Shown here: positions 19,171 to 29,841 of the stretch, piece by piece | Layout of the letters: every line of letters starts with the position of its first letter | Numbering within the stretch: the first letter of the stretch is position 1 | Source: an uncultured Verrucomicrobiae bacterium | GTDB taxonomy: Bacteria > Verrucomicrobiota > Verrucomicrobiia > Limisphaerales > Palsa-1400 | Direction: 5' to 3' | Length of the DNA stretch: 64,000 nt | Assembly (NCBI GenBank): GCA_963707025.1 | Contig: CAVPOM010000004.1 | Coordinates: forward strand, 512,001-576,000 | Made by a program: the position numbers and the translations under genes | The notes under the pieces: model-generated | Seen by the model: only the letters and a program-made list of their open reading frames with translations | The model's database searches: none | Told to the model about the DNA's origin: nothing

Positions 19171-21072
19171 TTAGGGTTTGGGCGCAAGGAGGGCGTCGAG
19201 GCTGCTTGGACCGGAGCCGGTTTTCTCCAGCTTCGGGTAGCGCAGCCCGCCGTCGTAATTGAGGGCGATGGTGCGGTAAATGTCGCCGGTCTTTACCAGC
19301 AGGCTGAGAGGCGATTTCCTGGCCTTGATTGCAGCCTTTAGCTGGTCGGTATCGAGGGCGCGGCCGTTGACGGCGATGAGCTTGGTGCCGACCGTGAGGG
19401 CGGCGTTGAAGGCCGGGCTGTCCCAGGCAACTTCGGTGATCTCGCCTTCCTTGCCCAGGACAAAACCGCCTGAATAAGTCAGGTCGGTGATCTTGCGCGC
19501 TTTCTCGTTGGATTTGAACCACTCCGTCGGCGTGTCGGTATAGACAAGCCGGTAGCCGCCACGGGCGAAGCCGTCGAGCGGGGCGTGATCGCTGACATGC
19601 TCCAGGCGAGCCTGGAGGAAGGCGGCCCAGTCATTGCTCTGGACTTGATTGAGGGTGCGAACGACATCGTCGAAGTTGTACGTCAGTTCGCCCCAATCGC
19701 GGTCGTTCCCGCCGAAGAAGGCGCGGGCGAAATCATCCAGCGATCTGGCGCCGTGGGAGAGTTCGCGGATCAGGCTGTCAGTATCGAGCCAGATGAGGAG
19801 TCCTTCGTTGTAGTAATCCTCGGAACGCTGCCAGCTTCTCCAGCCTTTGGGCCGGCGCTGGGCGATAATCGGATCATCGGTTGTGTCGGCCAGCGGACGC
19901 CACTGGCGGCCGGCGTCCGTGTCGAGGCGGGCGGCGAGGCTGGCCAGGCCGCCGAGGGTCTCCTCTTGCGAATTTAGTCCCGACCGCGCGGCGAGCACGA
20001 AACCCCAAAACTGAGTCTGCCCCTCGTAAACCCAGAGCAGGCTGTCCTGCATGGGCGTGCGGTAGTCAGGCGTCCAAAGGTCGGCCGGCCGGCGGTACTT
20101 GCCGTTCCAACTGTGGGTATACTCGTGCGGCAGGAGGCCGCGCGCCGTGAGATTGTCCTTCCATTCGGTGAAATAACCGGCACTGACGCCATCCTCGGAA
20201 CTGCGATGGTGCTCGAGCCCGATCCCGCCCTGGCGCGCGCTCAAGGCCAGCAGGAAATCATAGTGGTCGTAGTGTTGGGCGCCAAAGAGTTTGACCGCCT
20301 GCGTCACCAGGTTGCGGTGGAGTTGGATCTGCTCCTCGGTGGCGGCAAGTTGTTCAGGTTGGTCTGCGACGATGTCCAGGCGCACGCCCGGAGCAAGGGT
20401 CTCAACCCGGACATTGGCGCCGGCCATGATCGGGCTGTCCACCAGTGTATCGAAGGTGACTTGCTGGAAGTGGATCGTCGCGCCTTCCTGACGGGCGACC
20501 TCCAGCGCGGTCGCGGCCTTCCAACCCTCCGGCAGTTTCACCGAGGGATCCACCCTGATTCGGCGAACATAGCAGCCGGCTGGATAGAGCGCCACGGCGT
20601 TCCATTGCAGATTGAGCATGTCCGGGGCCGTGACGATGCGGCCCTGGCTGACATCCGTCGGCGCGAGAAACTGGAACTGAACTTCAACACTGGACGTTCG
20701 CTCGGGAACCTCGATATGGAAGGCGAAGACATCCACCGGATCGCGCCGCCAAGCCAGCGCGCGCCCGCCGGCCTGGAACGTGATTCCAGCCAGTTCCGAG
20801 ATGGGACCGCTGTCCGTATGATGGCCAGGCAGCCACTTCGGGTAGAGGAGGGTGAGCGGGCCGGCCGCGGCCACGGGCAGGGTCTCACTGACGCGGAAAA
20901 CACCACGGGCGTTGTCGGAGGCATCCACCGAAATAGTGATGACTCCCGGCCAGGCCACGTCGCGGGCGGGCGGGATCGTGTCCGCGATGGGTTGGGCCTC
21001 GGGCGCGCTGTTTTGGGCTTCAGAGAAGAGCGGTAAAAGGACAAAGAGTATCGGGAGGGCTGGATTGCTCAT
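19171..21072 (-). CDS. M61 family glycyl aminopeptidase with C-terminal PDZ domain
   Basis: Signal peptide, WLPGHH, GGIGLEH, HEYTHSWNGK zinc motif, LWVYEGQT, PDZ-like SPAFNAAL...AVNG. Confidence 0.9.
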   Translation of the reverse strand: MSNPALPILFVLLPLFSEAQNSAPEAQPIADTIPPARDVAWPGVITISVDASDNARGVFRVSETLPVAAAGPLTLLYPKWLPGHHTDSGPISELAGITFQAGGRALAWRRDPVDVFAFHIEVPERTSSVEVQFQFLAPTDVSQGRIVTAPDMLNLQWNAVALYPAGCYVRRIRVDPSVKLPEGWKAATALEVARQEGATIHFQQVTFDTLVDSPIMAGANVRVETLAPGVRLDIVADQPEQLAATEEQIQLHRNLVTQAVKLFGAQHYDHYDFLLALSARQGGIGLEHHRSSEDGVSAGYFTEWKDNLTARGLLPHEYTHSWNGKYRRPADLWTPDYRTPMQDSLLWVYEGQTQFWGFVLAARSGLNSQEETLGGLASLAARLDTDAGRQWRPLADTTDDPIIAQRRPKGWRSWQRSEDYYNEGLLIWLDTDSLIRELSHGARSLDDFARAFFGGNDRDWGELTYNFDDVVRTLNQVQSNDWAAFLQARLEHVSDHAPLDGFARGGYRLVYTDTPTEWFKSNEKARKITDLTYSGGFVLGKEGEITEVAWDSPAFNAALTVGTKLIAVNGRALDTDQLKAAIKARKSPLSLLVKTGDIYRTIALNYDGGLRYPKLEKTGSGPSSLDALLAPKP

Positions 21073-21197
21073 GGGAATCTATGAGAATTAGCGTTGCTGA
21101 AAGCGTCAATCTCAAAGAGTCTAAAACTTCCGGTGCGCGCCCACAAGAAGATTTTCCACCCCGCAACGCGGGCCGGCGCATTCCAAGGGAGTTGTCA

Positions 21198-21437
21198 TTA
21201 TTCCCCACACAGCGCCTTCGCCACATTTTTAATATTTTGGGCGCGAATCTCATACGCCGTCTGCCGTTCGCCGGGATTGCCGGAGACCAGTTTCCAGGAA
21301 AGGCGCGGCTGGCGGACGCCGATCCCGATGGGATCTTCAAGATGTTCGCAGCGCAGGTCCCCGACGCGCACCGGGGCGGCTGACGACGCGATGCCTGCCA
21401 ACACAAGGCACATTATCCAGAGAGCGGATTTTCTCAT
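21198..21437 (-). pseudogene. Truncated N-terminus of an alpha-L-rhamnosidase (GH78)-type protein
   Basis: Signal peptide + LRCEHLEDPIGIGVRQPRLSW...RQTAYEI, then stop after 79 aa. Confidence 0.7.
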
Positions 21438-21526
21438 GATACTCACACAGGTTTGATCATCGGGTGTGAGACAATGCTCCACGCCGCCGCACGCCCGAAG
21501 AAGGGAAAAAATGGACTGGCCGGATT

Positions 21527-23089
21527 TCAATGGGCCGTGGCCTGCACGCGGTAGAAAGACTGGCCGGAAGGGGGGGCGGGATCGGTCAACACAATAAGGT
21601 TTCCGTTGGTGGCGGCGGTCAAGTTGACGACAGGCGACCAAACAGGATTGGCTGCTTGCGCGGTCCGCCATAGCGAGTATGCCAGATTAGGGCGGAAATT
21701 CGCGGAAATGACGATTTGATTGTTCGTCCATTGAATGTCGGAAATGTTCGGCAAGGTGGCCGCCGCCGCCGCGGCCGCCGCCGCAAAATTGACCCGGCCC
21801 CAGCCGAAATAAGGATCCCAACCGGGCGCACCGAGGTCGGTTGCCGTGCTTTGCAGAATGCCAATGACGTCATCCGGGTTGAGAGTGGGATTAAGCCCGA
21901 GAATCCATGCCACCACGCCGCAGACTAACGGAGCGGCAAAACTGCAGCCGGTCCCGTAGGCATACCCGCCCGAGGTTGTGGTGGAGTATATCTGGTAACC
22001 GGGCGCGGAAAAATCAATATAGGGACCGTACATGGTTCCCTGAAATTGGTCCGCCGCATCGGTCATGGAGATGCAATAAACGTCCGGCTGGTTGGCGCCA
22101 TCGAGCAGTCCGCTGCCATCAATCGCCGACATGACGAGGATGCCGGAGGTGTTGGTCTTGAGATAATTGCCGGCGGCTTCCAAGACTGGGTTGGTGCCGC
22201 CGCTCCAACTGATGTTCACGACGCGCACCCCGTTGTCCGCCGCCCAAATGGTGGCTTTGTACATGTCGCTGATGGTGCCGTTGATGTTGATGGGAAGAAA
22301 CCGGCAATTGGCCGCGCCGGCAACTCCCACGCCGTTGTCAATGACGGCGGCAGCCATGCCGGCGCACATCGTCGAATGCGCAATGCCGGCGCTGGAATTG
22401 ACGGGCGCATTGGCAACCACGTCCCACCCGCTGATCGTGTTGGCGGCCAAGTCTGGATGATCCATTTGAAAGGGGGTATCCACGATCGCGATGGTGACAG
22501 AAGGCCGGCCCAAATTGCAGATCCAGGCCTGGTAACTGCCGATGACCTTATGATGCCACTGCGTGGCGATCAGCGGATCATCCGGCGAAAACTGCCGCTG
22601 TTCAAAGGTGTCCAATTCCGCAAACTCGACATCCGCGCGCGCCGCCAGAGCCTGAACGGCTTCCCATTTGCGCATCGGTTCGACACGCAAGGCGCTGAGG
22701 TGCGCGAGGCCGCGGAACTTGACCAGAACCACCTCGGGATTGAAGAGCGAGATTTTGCCGGACGGCGCCTGGAGTCCGCCGAAACGTCGTTGCTGGAAAT
22801 TGAGGTGGGCCAGAGTATTGGCCTCGAGAAGAGGAACAGCGCGGTTTGTCAACTGTCCCGAAGCCAGGTCGGAAAACACAATCAATTCAGGAATATGGCG
22901 CCCGGGAATGTCCCGGGGCAGAGCCGTTTGGGGAAGCCGGGACAAATCCGGAGGTAAATTGAGGAGCCGGCCTGAGGCTGAGGCGTAAGGCAACTGGATT
23001 GCGTGACTGGCATCAGACGCGCCCCCGGCCCGCGCCAGGAAGAGAACGGCCAAGATACAAAGACACCGGATCGCGGGGGACAAGCTCAA
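21527..23089 (-). CDS. Secreted S8 (subtilisin-like) serine protease with C-terminal FYR domain
   Basis: IAIVDT, AHSTMCAG, GCSFAAP triad motifs; TATDLGAPGWDPYFGWGRVN; propeptide region. Confidence 0.85.
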   Translation of the reverse strand: MSLSPAIRCLCILAVLFLARAGGASDASHAIQLPYASASGRLLNLPPDLSRLPQTALPRDIPGRHIPELIVFSDLASGQLTNRAVPLLEANTLAHLNFQQRRFGGLQAPSGKISLFNPEVVLVKFRGLAHLSALRVEPMRKWEAVQALAARADVEFAELDTFEQRQFSPDDPLIATQWHHKVIGSYQAWICNLGRPSVTIAIVDTPFQMDHPDLAANTISGWDVVANAPVNSSAGIAHSTMCAGMAAAVIDNGVGVAGAANCRFLPININGTISDMYKATIWAADNGVRVVNISWSGGTNPVLEAAGNYLKTNTSGILVMSAIDGSGLLDGANQPDVYCISMTDAADQFQGTMYGPYIDFSAPGYQIYSTTTSGGYAYGTGCSFAAPLVCGVVAWILGLNPTLNPDDVIGILQSTATDLGAPGWDPYFGWGRVNFAAAAAAAAATLPNISDIQWTNNQIVISANFRPNLAYSLWRTAQAANPVWSPVVNLTAATNGNLIVLTDPAPPSGQSFYRVQATAH

Positions 23090-23104
23090 AGTTCGTAGGT
23101 TCGG

Positions 23105-25003
23105 CTACGGCCTCTTGATGCGATAGAAAACATCGGGAAGGCCGTTTCCGAGGTTGGTTATCCAAAGGAACGAATTGGTGAGGGTGTAGCCTAACCGTGG
23201 ATACCAAGCCACCGTGCCGGAGAGGTTGGTCGTGTACTGCAAGGTGTAGTTGGTGTGGGCAAGCCCGTACGCCAGCAAGTTCGGGTTCTGGCCGGACAAG
23301 GAGCCTTCGAGAATGGGCGGATCGGCGTTGAGCACCCCATAGCGATAAAAGACGGCCTGGTTGCTTGAACTGAGGCCGGTGACGAATTGGAACGAATTGG
23401 CCAATGGAATCCGCCTCAACAGGGTCCAAGATGAACCGAGATCGGTGGTGTAATCAATTTCGTAGGCTTGACCCGGGGTGCCATAGAGCACAAGGACCTC
23501 GTTTGCGCCCGGCGGCTCGATTTGCACGTCCACGATCGGCGGGGCCGCGGTGAACTGGAATGCCCGGTAAAAAATCGCCGGCTGGGTTCGATCCAGGTTC
23601 GAGATTACCGCCGTGAGATTGGTCATGGGCACACGCACCAGATCAGTCCACCCATTTGTCCGGGCCAGGTTCACCGAGAATTGAATCTGATAGCTGTCGC
23701 CGGGGATTCCGTAGAGCACCAGATTGCGGGCGCCCTGAGGGGTCAGTGTTGAGTCGAGCAGGGGCTGGGGTCCAATGATGACCAAGCGGCCCAGTCCCGA
23801 CGCAAGATTGGCCGGCCTCGATCCGTCCGCATTGACTCCTTGCAGCGATTGCGGCGCAAGCTGCACAAAGGACGATGACTGGCTGGAAACGGTCAACAAA
23901 CTCAACTGCGCAATTTGTTGATTGCCGAGAAAAGTCTGTCCGGGCGCGGCGGTAAAACCGATTTGCAGACTTGTGGGCGAGAGAAACTGAAACAAAGTCG
24001 AAGCGACCAACGACGGATTGTCCGTAATGAAGAACGTCGTGAAATCAGCGACGGGCAGGTCCAGCACGAACTGGACATTGGTCAGGCTCGTCCCGGCCGT
24101 CAATTGGATCGGGATGACGCTCATCCCTCCCGCCAGCACAACATCCGAGCCAAAGGCCAGCAGCACGGGCGGGCCTCCGCCAAGCGTGCCGCTGGTGGCC
24201 GACCCCACCAGGAAGTTGGTGGGGAACACCAGGCTGTAGGATTGCGAGAGGCCATGCGGGGATGGCCCAAGGACGGTCGCGGTGAATTCCTGGTTTCCAA
24301 CCGGCAGATAATTCGTGCCGCCGGCCGCGGCAATCAAGTCTGCCACGTTGAAGAACGCCTGGTTGGTCGCCGCGCCATCACCCACCACCGCGGCCAACAC
24401 GCTGGGGGTGTTGGTGTTGGAGAGTGTGATAATGGCCCCGGCGGGGCTGGCATCATCGAGGGTGATGACCAGTTGCTCGGACTGCAACACAAAGGAGGTT
24501 TCCTGGGCGGTCATCACCGAAGGCAGCGGGCCGGACGCGGGCCATTGTGCGGTTTGGCCGTTGGTATTTGAAACCTGAAGTTGGTAATAATAAGAGGCGC
24601 CGGGAGAGCAGTCGGAAACCCGCGCCTGGAACAGGCCAAGGCTCATGGTTTGCTGACGCAACGCGGTCAGATCGAGGAGGCGGTCATAGGAATTGGTCAA
24701 CGCCGGATCGCCCGTGTGCATCGGATAGTATTCCACGCCCACCTGCCCCGCCAGATTGGTGGCACCTCCCGCGTCGGCGAAAATGGAAATCGAGGCGGTC
24801 ACCGAGGCGCTGGGCGGCGGCGAGACGGAAGCGACGACCGAGAAGCCGCCGGGAGTGACATTGACCGTCCTGACGTTGGTGATGACGATCTGGGCGGCGG
24901 CGGAAAAAGCGCCGAGGAACAGACACGCCAGGACCCGCGCCCAACCGCCGCCGGGCCGCGCGCGGCGCTGCGGATGCCTGGAATTTAGAATTGACGCTGG
25001 CAT
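23105..25003 (-). CDS. Secreted beta-rich protein: FN3-like + cohesin-like + three tandem FYR domains
   Basis: Signal peptide; PGASYYYQL FN3-like; three LYG.PG..Y.I.....L..W....FYR units. Confidence 0.7.
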   Translation of the reverse strand: MPASILNSRHPQRRARPGGGWARVLACLFLGAFSAAAQIVITNVRTVNVTPGGFSVVASVSPPPSASVTASISIFADAGGATNLAGQVGVEYYPMHTGDPALTNSYDRLLDLTALRQQTMSLGLFQARVSDCSPGASYYYQLQVSNTNGQTAQWPASGPLPSVMTAQETSFVLQSEQLVITLDDASPAGAIITLSNTNTPSVLAAVVGDGAATNQAFFNVADLIAAAGGTNYLPVGNQEFTATVLGPSPHGLSQSYSLVFPTNFLVGSATSGTLGGGPPVLLAFGSDVVLAGGMSVIPIQLTAGTSLTNVQFVLDLPVADFTTFFITDNPSLVASTLFQFLSPTSLQIGFTAAPGQTFLGNQQIAQLSLLTVSSQSSSFVQLAPQSLQGVNADGSRPANLASGLGRLVIIGPQPLLDSTLTPQGARNLVLYGIPGDSYQIQFSVNLARTNGWTDLVRVPMTNLTAVISNLDRTQPAIFYRAFQFTAAPPIVDVQIEPPGANEVLVLYGTPGQAYEIDYTTDLGSSWTLLRRIPLANSFQFVTGLSSSNQAVFYRYGVLNADPPILEGSLSGQNPNLLAYGLAHTNYTLQYTTNLSGTVAWYPRLGYTLTNSFLWITNLGNGLPDVFYRIKRP

Positions 25004-25009
25004 GTCAGT

Positions 25010-25849
25010 TTAATGAGTGGTGGCGCCGGAGGCCGGTGCCGGCGTTTGGAATTGCGGAACGACCCGCGAAGCGGCGCGCTGCAACCCCGGCTGGCCATGC
25101 CGCGCGAGAATCAGTTCGCCGCCGGCCAGGATGGCATAGCGCCTCACCCCGCCGGCCTTGAGGGCCCGGGCCGTCTCCTGCGCTGTGCCGTCGGCGCTGT
25201 CAATCAAGATCAGCAGCGCCGGCACGCCGGATACGGCCAGGGAGCTTTTTCCCGGGACAAAACTGGCCAGGCGCATGCCGGGGAATTCCTGGCTCAGGTC
25301 GGTCAGCGGCTGGCTTGGGGCATTGGTGTCGCCGGCCACGGACGGGCGTGCGGATGAGGGTGGTTTGCGCAAATCAACCAGCACCACCTCTCCCGGGTTG
25401 GCTGCTTTCAACCCGGCATAGGTGATGTAGTTGAACGTCTCGGACTTCATGCCGGCTGCGCGGGTGGTCAGGGCTTGGGCGCTTTCCCAGGTGGCAAATC
25501 CTCCTTGGAGAACTTCGGCCGTGATTCCCGGCTTTCTGCCAAGAAACGCGGCGGCGTCCTCCACCGCATTGACGGCTTCCCGGCCCAAGCCGTCCCCGTA
25601 AACGACAACCTTGCCCAGGGGCGGCAGGTTTTTGAGCGGGCAGAGGGAGGCGGGAATATTTATGGCCCCGGGAACATGGGCCTGGCTGTAAAGCTCCGGG
25701 CTGCGGACATCAATGACCGTGATCTTCGCGCCGCCAGCCAGTTGGCTCTGCAAATCAGCCACCGTGATGCCGGCGGCGGCCAGGGTCATGGCCCCGCCGA
25801 AGGCAGCCAAGGCCGCCAGCCAAACGATGATGGAATTCTTGGAGCGCAT
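25010..25849 (-). CDS. Exported tandem rhodanese-like domain protein lacking the catalytic Cys
   Basis: VIDVRSPELYSQAHVPGAINIP, LQGGFATW, second LVDLR...ILAGG; VVVYGD in place of VVVYC. Confidence 0.8.
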   Translation of the reverse strand: MRSKNSIIVWLAALAAFGGAMTLAAAGITVADLQSQLAGGAKITVIDVRSPELYSQAHVPGAINIPASLCPLKNLPPLGKVVVYGDGLGREAVNAVEDAAAFLGRKPGITAEVLQGGFATWESAQALTTRAAGMKSETFNYITYAGLKAANPGEVVLVDLRKPPSSARPSVAGDTNAPSQPLTDLSQEFPGMRLASFVPGKSSLAVSGVPALLILIDSADGTAQETARALKAGGVRRYAILAGGELILARHGQPGLQRAASRVVPQFQTPAPASGATTH

Positions 25850-25853
25850 AAGA

Positions 25854-28800
25854 TTATTGGGCTTGGGGTGTAAACTGCTGAACCGGCGCGGCCAGATTGA
25901 CCATCAATACCGCCACGTTCGGAATCGGGAAATCATTTCCAACCAACTTTCCATTCTGCACTTCGGCGACAAGCCAGGGGCCTGATTGGCCATCGAGCAT
26001 GCGCACCGAGAGGGCATTGTCCAGCCCGAGCTGGCGCAGAAGCTGGAAGGCGCTGTATGAATCCGGGAAGCCGGTGTAGCCGAAGACGCTGGCGCCGGCG
26101 GACAGGTTCAGGGGAGAAGTATTGTTGACGCCCAGATCGAGCACTTGATCGCTGTTAAACTTCACCCAAAGGAACGTGCCGGCAACCAGGGTGAAATCGG
26201 GGCCGGAGGGCGCTCCGTTGATCCAACTGGCGGTCTGACTGGTCACCTGGGGCACGAGGGAAGTGTATTCGGTAATGGATTGCACGCCGCTGCCCGCCCA
26301 CAGCGAGAGCAGGTTGTAGGCATTCTGCCCGTAGGCCGCCATGGCGGGCGTCACCGCCACCACGTTGCGATTCTGAAACACCGGTTGCAAGGCCGGCAGG
26401 GCTGCCGCCACAACGCGGGACTGGGCGGAAATCGTTTCCAGCCAAACGGCCCGGCCGTCGGCCAGGCTTGGCAGGGCCTTGAGCGTGGACGTCCGCGTCA
26501 CGGGCACCACCACCAGGCTCGGCAGATGAACCAAACGCGCATTGCCGGTTTGCGGTCCCAGGGAATTCTCCGAACAGACCAGCCAGGGGCCGTTGAGGAA
26601 GGGCTGGAATTCATCTTCCGGAGTGCTGGTGATCTGAATCTCGCGATTGCGCAGCAGGTCAAATCCGTAAATATCCAATTCCACATTCCGGTTGTCCTGC
26701 CAGACAATCCAGTTGTCATAAATGGCCGGATGCAGTTGCGCGAAGATATTCGTCGTAATCCGTCTGACCACGCCGCTTTGCAGGTCGGAGAAATAGATTT
26801 CGCCGGGGCCTTGGTCCCGGAAATCCTGCCACACCACCCGGGCAGCCTGCACATCGGCATCAACCTCATCCTGGGTGGATGGGGAAACGGCGAAGGTTTG
26901 TGAGGAGAGCATGTTGCGGGCAAAGACCTGCCAGGCAGCGCCGGTGTTGCCGGTGGCGCGGGCTTGGTACACCACCCACGGCCAATGGACGGCCGGGTTC
27001 ACCTCGTCCAAGGCCGTGGTGCTGGTGACCGCCTGGGGTCCGGTGTTTCCGTTCAAGTCGGCGAGGTAAACATCCCAGTTCCCGTTGGCTTGCTGCGCCT
27101 GCCAGACCACATAACGGCCGTCGGTGCGCGGGTTCTGCTGGATGGTTGAGGCATGTGTCACTGGGATGATGGAATTATTGGCAGCGGTGATGTCCTGCGC
27201 GTAAATATCGGAGTTGCCATCACTCTGGTCCTGCCACACCACCCAACGGCCCCGGGCGTAAGGATTCTGGGGGCCGCGCGGAAAATCGGCCACGACCTGA
27301 TTTGTGCCCGAAAAGGCGCCAATTTGCGCCAAACTCACAGCAAAATTGGTGTTGCCCAAACCATCACTCAAAGCAATCCGCACGGTGTACCAACCCGGCG
27401 GTTCGATCACACCCGCGTCATTGCGCCCGTCCCAGTTAAAGGAAGTGGTTTTGCCGGCGACGTTCGTGAAGGCCACGCTGCGAACCGCAGGCAGGGAACT
27501 CATGTCGAAACCGTAGAGGGGGTTGATGACCCAGGACACGGTGGTCGGGTTGTTGGTTGGCTGGTAAACCCCGCCGACCTCGCCGAGGACGCCCACGATC
27601 TGCGGTGTGGCGGCTAGGTTGGTCAGAACAACGGGGCTGGCCACACTGGCCGGAGCACGATAATACCCGTTGTTGATGGTCCATTGGTAATTGGTTACGC
27701 CTGCGCCGGCCACCGTCAATTGCGCCGATCCCGCCGCGGCAGGAGTGGCGGGCGTGCCGGTGATGGTCGTCGTCGGCGCCGCCGGATCAACCACCCACCC
27801 AACCGTCACCGCGCTGCTTGGATCCAGATAGGCGCCATATTGGGAACGGCCCAGGACGGAAAGGGTGCTGGCGCCCTGAGGCAGACCGGACAAAGTCAAA
27901 GGAGAACTGACCGGGAACTCAGCACTCCAGGCGTTCGCGTTCAACTGGTATATATAGAAATCTACATTCTGACCGCCAACGGTTATTGAGGCGGCGGCGC
28001 TCGCCGTGGGCGAAGAAGGCGCATTGGACAAGGTGACCCAGCCGACGACTCCCTGGAAAACATCAAGTTGGGCATTAATGGCGGTCGGGCTGGAAGAGAC
28101 GTGGAAATTGATCGGGGTCGTTCCCGGACGGATGGACAAGGCTCCGCCGGGATTATACATGGGCGTTGCGGGGATGCTCACCGAGTCAAAACCCAACGAA
28201 CCCGGCCCGGGCAGGATCAGTGTCACATTGTGGTTGGTCTCCTGGTTGCCGCTGGTATCCACCGAATAGAAACTCAGTTGATAGGTTCCCGGATTGCTCA
28301 GGCTGAATGGGAGAGCCAGCCCGAAAGGCGCGCCGTTAAGGCTGTCAAGATTTGTCACCGGACTGGCATCCTGCGTGAGGAAGTACATTTGTGTCGCCCG
28401 GCGTGACGTAATAAACGCCATTGGTGAAGGTGGAGGGTCCGGCAAACATCAGCGTGGTGACCGGGGCGTTGGTGTTGGGCGGAGGGTTTGTGTAAGTGAC
28501 AGCGTAGGTGTAGTTGCCAAGGTTGACGAAGTCGAGAATGTTCAAATAAGTGTCCTTGAAATTGGATCCCGGCTCGTAATGAAGACTGGTCCAATAATTG
28601 TTCGTGTTCAGGACCTTGCCGTCCGAACGCACGATGCTGGCGATGGGCAGTTTGGCCTGGCCCGGATCATTGAGCCGCATATAGCCCCAGTTGGCAATGG
28701 TGGCCGTCAGATTCACCTGGTAAGGGTTGGCCGAACCCGAAACGGTGGCATTGCTCAGGACGTTCACCGGGTAAACGCCGCCATCACTCTCATAAAGCGA

Positions 28801-29841
28801 ATCGGGAATCAAATTGTTGATGGAATCAAGGGCGCCGGAGGTGTCGGCCAGGAAGTCCCGGATGTTGTCGCGGCCCGGCAGGTCGTCCAGGACCTCGTGC
28901 AAAAAGAGATAAGCGTCAACCGATTTGATGAGGGAGGTTTCCGCGCCGCCCAACGCGCTGGAGTGGGTGTAAGTGGCGCTGACGGATAGGAACGTGCCGG
29001 AGAGAGTGCAAATCATGTCCCAGGCGCCCTTGGTCGTCTGACCGGGTTGCAGATTCCCCAGGTTTACGGTCAGGTTGCCGTTGGCCAGAGGGGAATCGTT
29101 TACGCGCGAACCCAGCAGTTGCGCAACCAGGATCAGATTCTGGACATTGGAAACAATCTTGGGCTGCTGTGAATTAATGATCACGTTGTTAGCCACGCCA
29201 TAGCCGACGTTCTGCACCAGAACGCCAAAGGTGAAGGGAATCGGGCTGCCCAATCCTGTAAACGGATCCATGCCGGTGACATCCCTGGGCTGGAAGTAGG
29301 TGATCTGCAACTGGGCATCGGGAGCGACGGTAATGGGAGCGGGAATCACCAGAAGCGAGGAGGAGGGGATGACCACACCGTTGATCTTGCCGCTCAAGGT
29401 GGCGCCAATTTTGTAACGCACCCCGGCGGGAGAGGTTCCCCCGGCCGACGTGGCGGGAATGAGGAACCAGCCGATCTGGGCGGTCTGCCCCGGCATGATC
29501 ACCCCGCTGCCGTTGACATCCGAAATGTTCTGCAAGGTGGGCGGCTGGACAAAAAAGTTGGAGGAGGAATCGTTGACCGTTCCATTGGTGGAGAGGGCCG
29601 GGTTTTCGAACGTCAAATTGGCGTGAAAATCGGTGATCGGATTGTTCGGGTCGTTGTCCGTGATTTGCAGGGTGGCTTGAAAACCGATCCGCTCAAGCGT
29701 CAACTGCTGCGAGAGCACGATCTGGACTTGGGCGCAAAGCCCCTGTTGCTGCTCCTGGCCGAAGGCAATCCCGTGGACGCACACCAGGCAGATGACGCCC
29801 AGCCAGCCAGCCAGGAATCGCAAGCGAAGAGGCGTTTTCAT
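25854..29841 (-). CDS. Large secreted protein (~1330 aa) with Ig-like, FlgD-Ig-like and beta-propeller repeats; one frameshift at ~28398
   Basis: ATG 29841 overlaps the upstream stop and starts a signal peptide. Removing one base joins YYVTP to ATQMYFLT. FNWDGRNDAG...PGWY; repeated VVWQD.....DIY units. Confidence 0.75.

Noticed and set aside
28380..28410. Programmed frameshift or phase variation in the adhesin partner gene
   Set aside because: Only a 3-base run, no slippery heptamer or repeat tract; similar lesions elsewhere point to error
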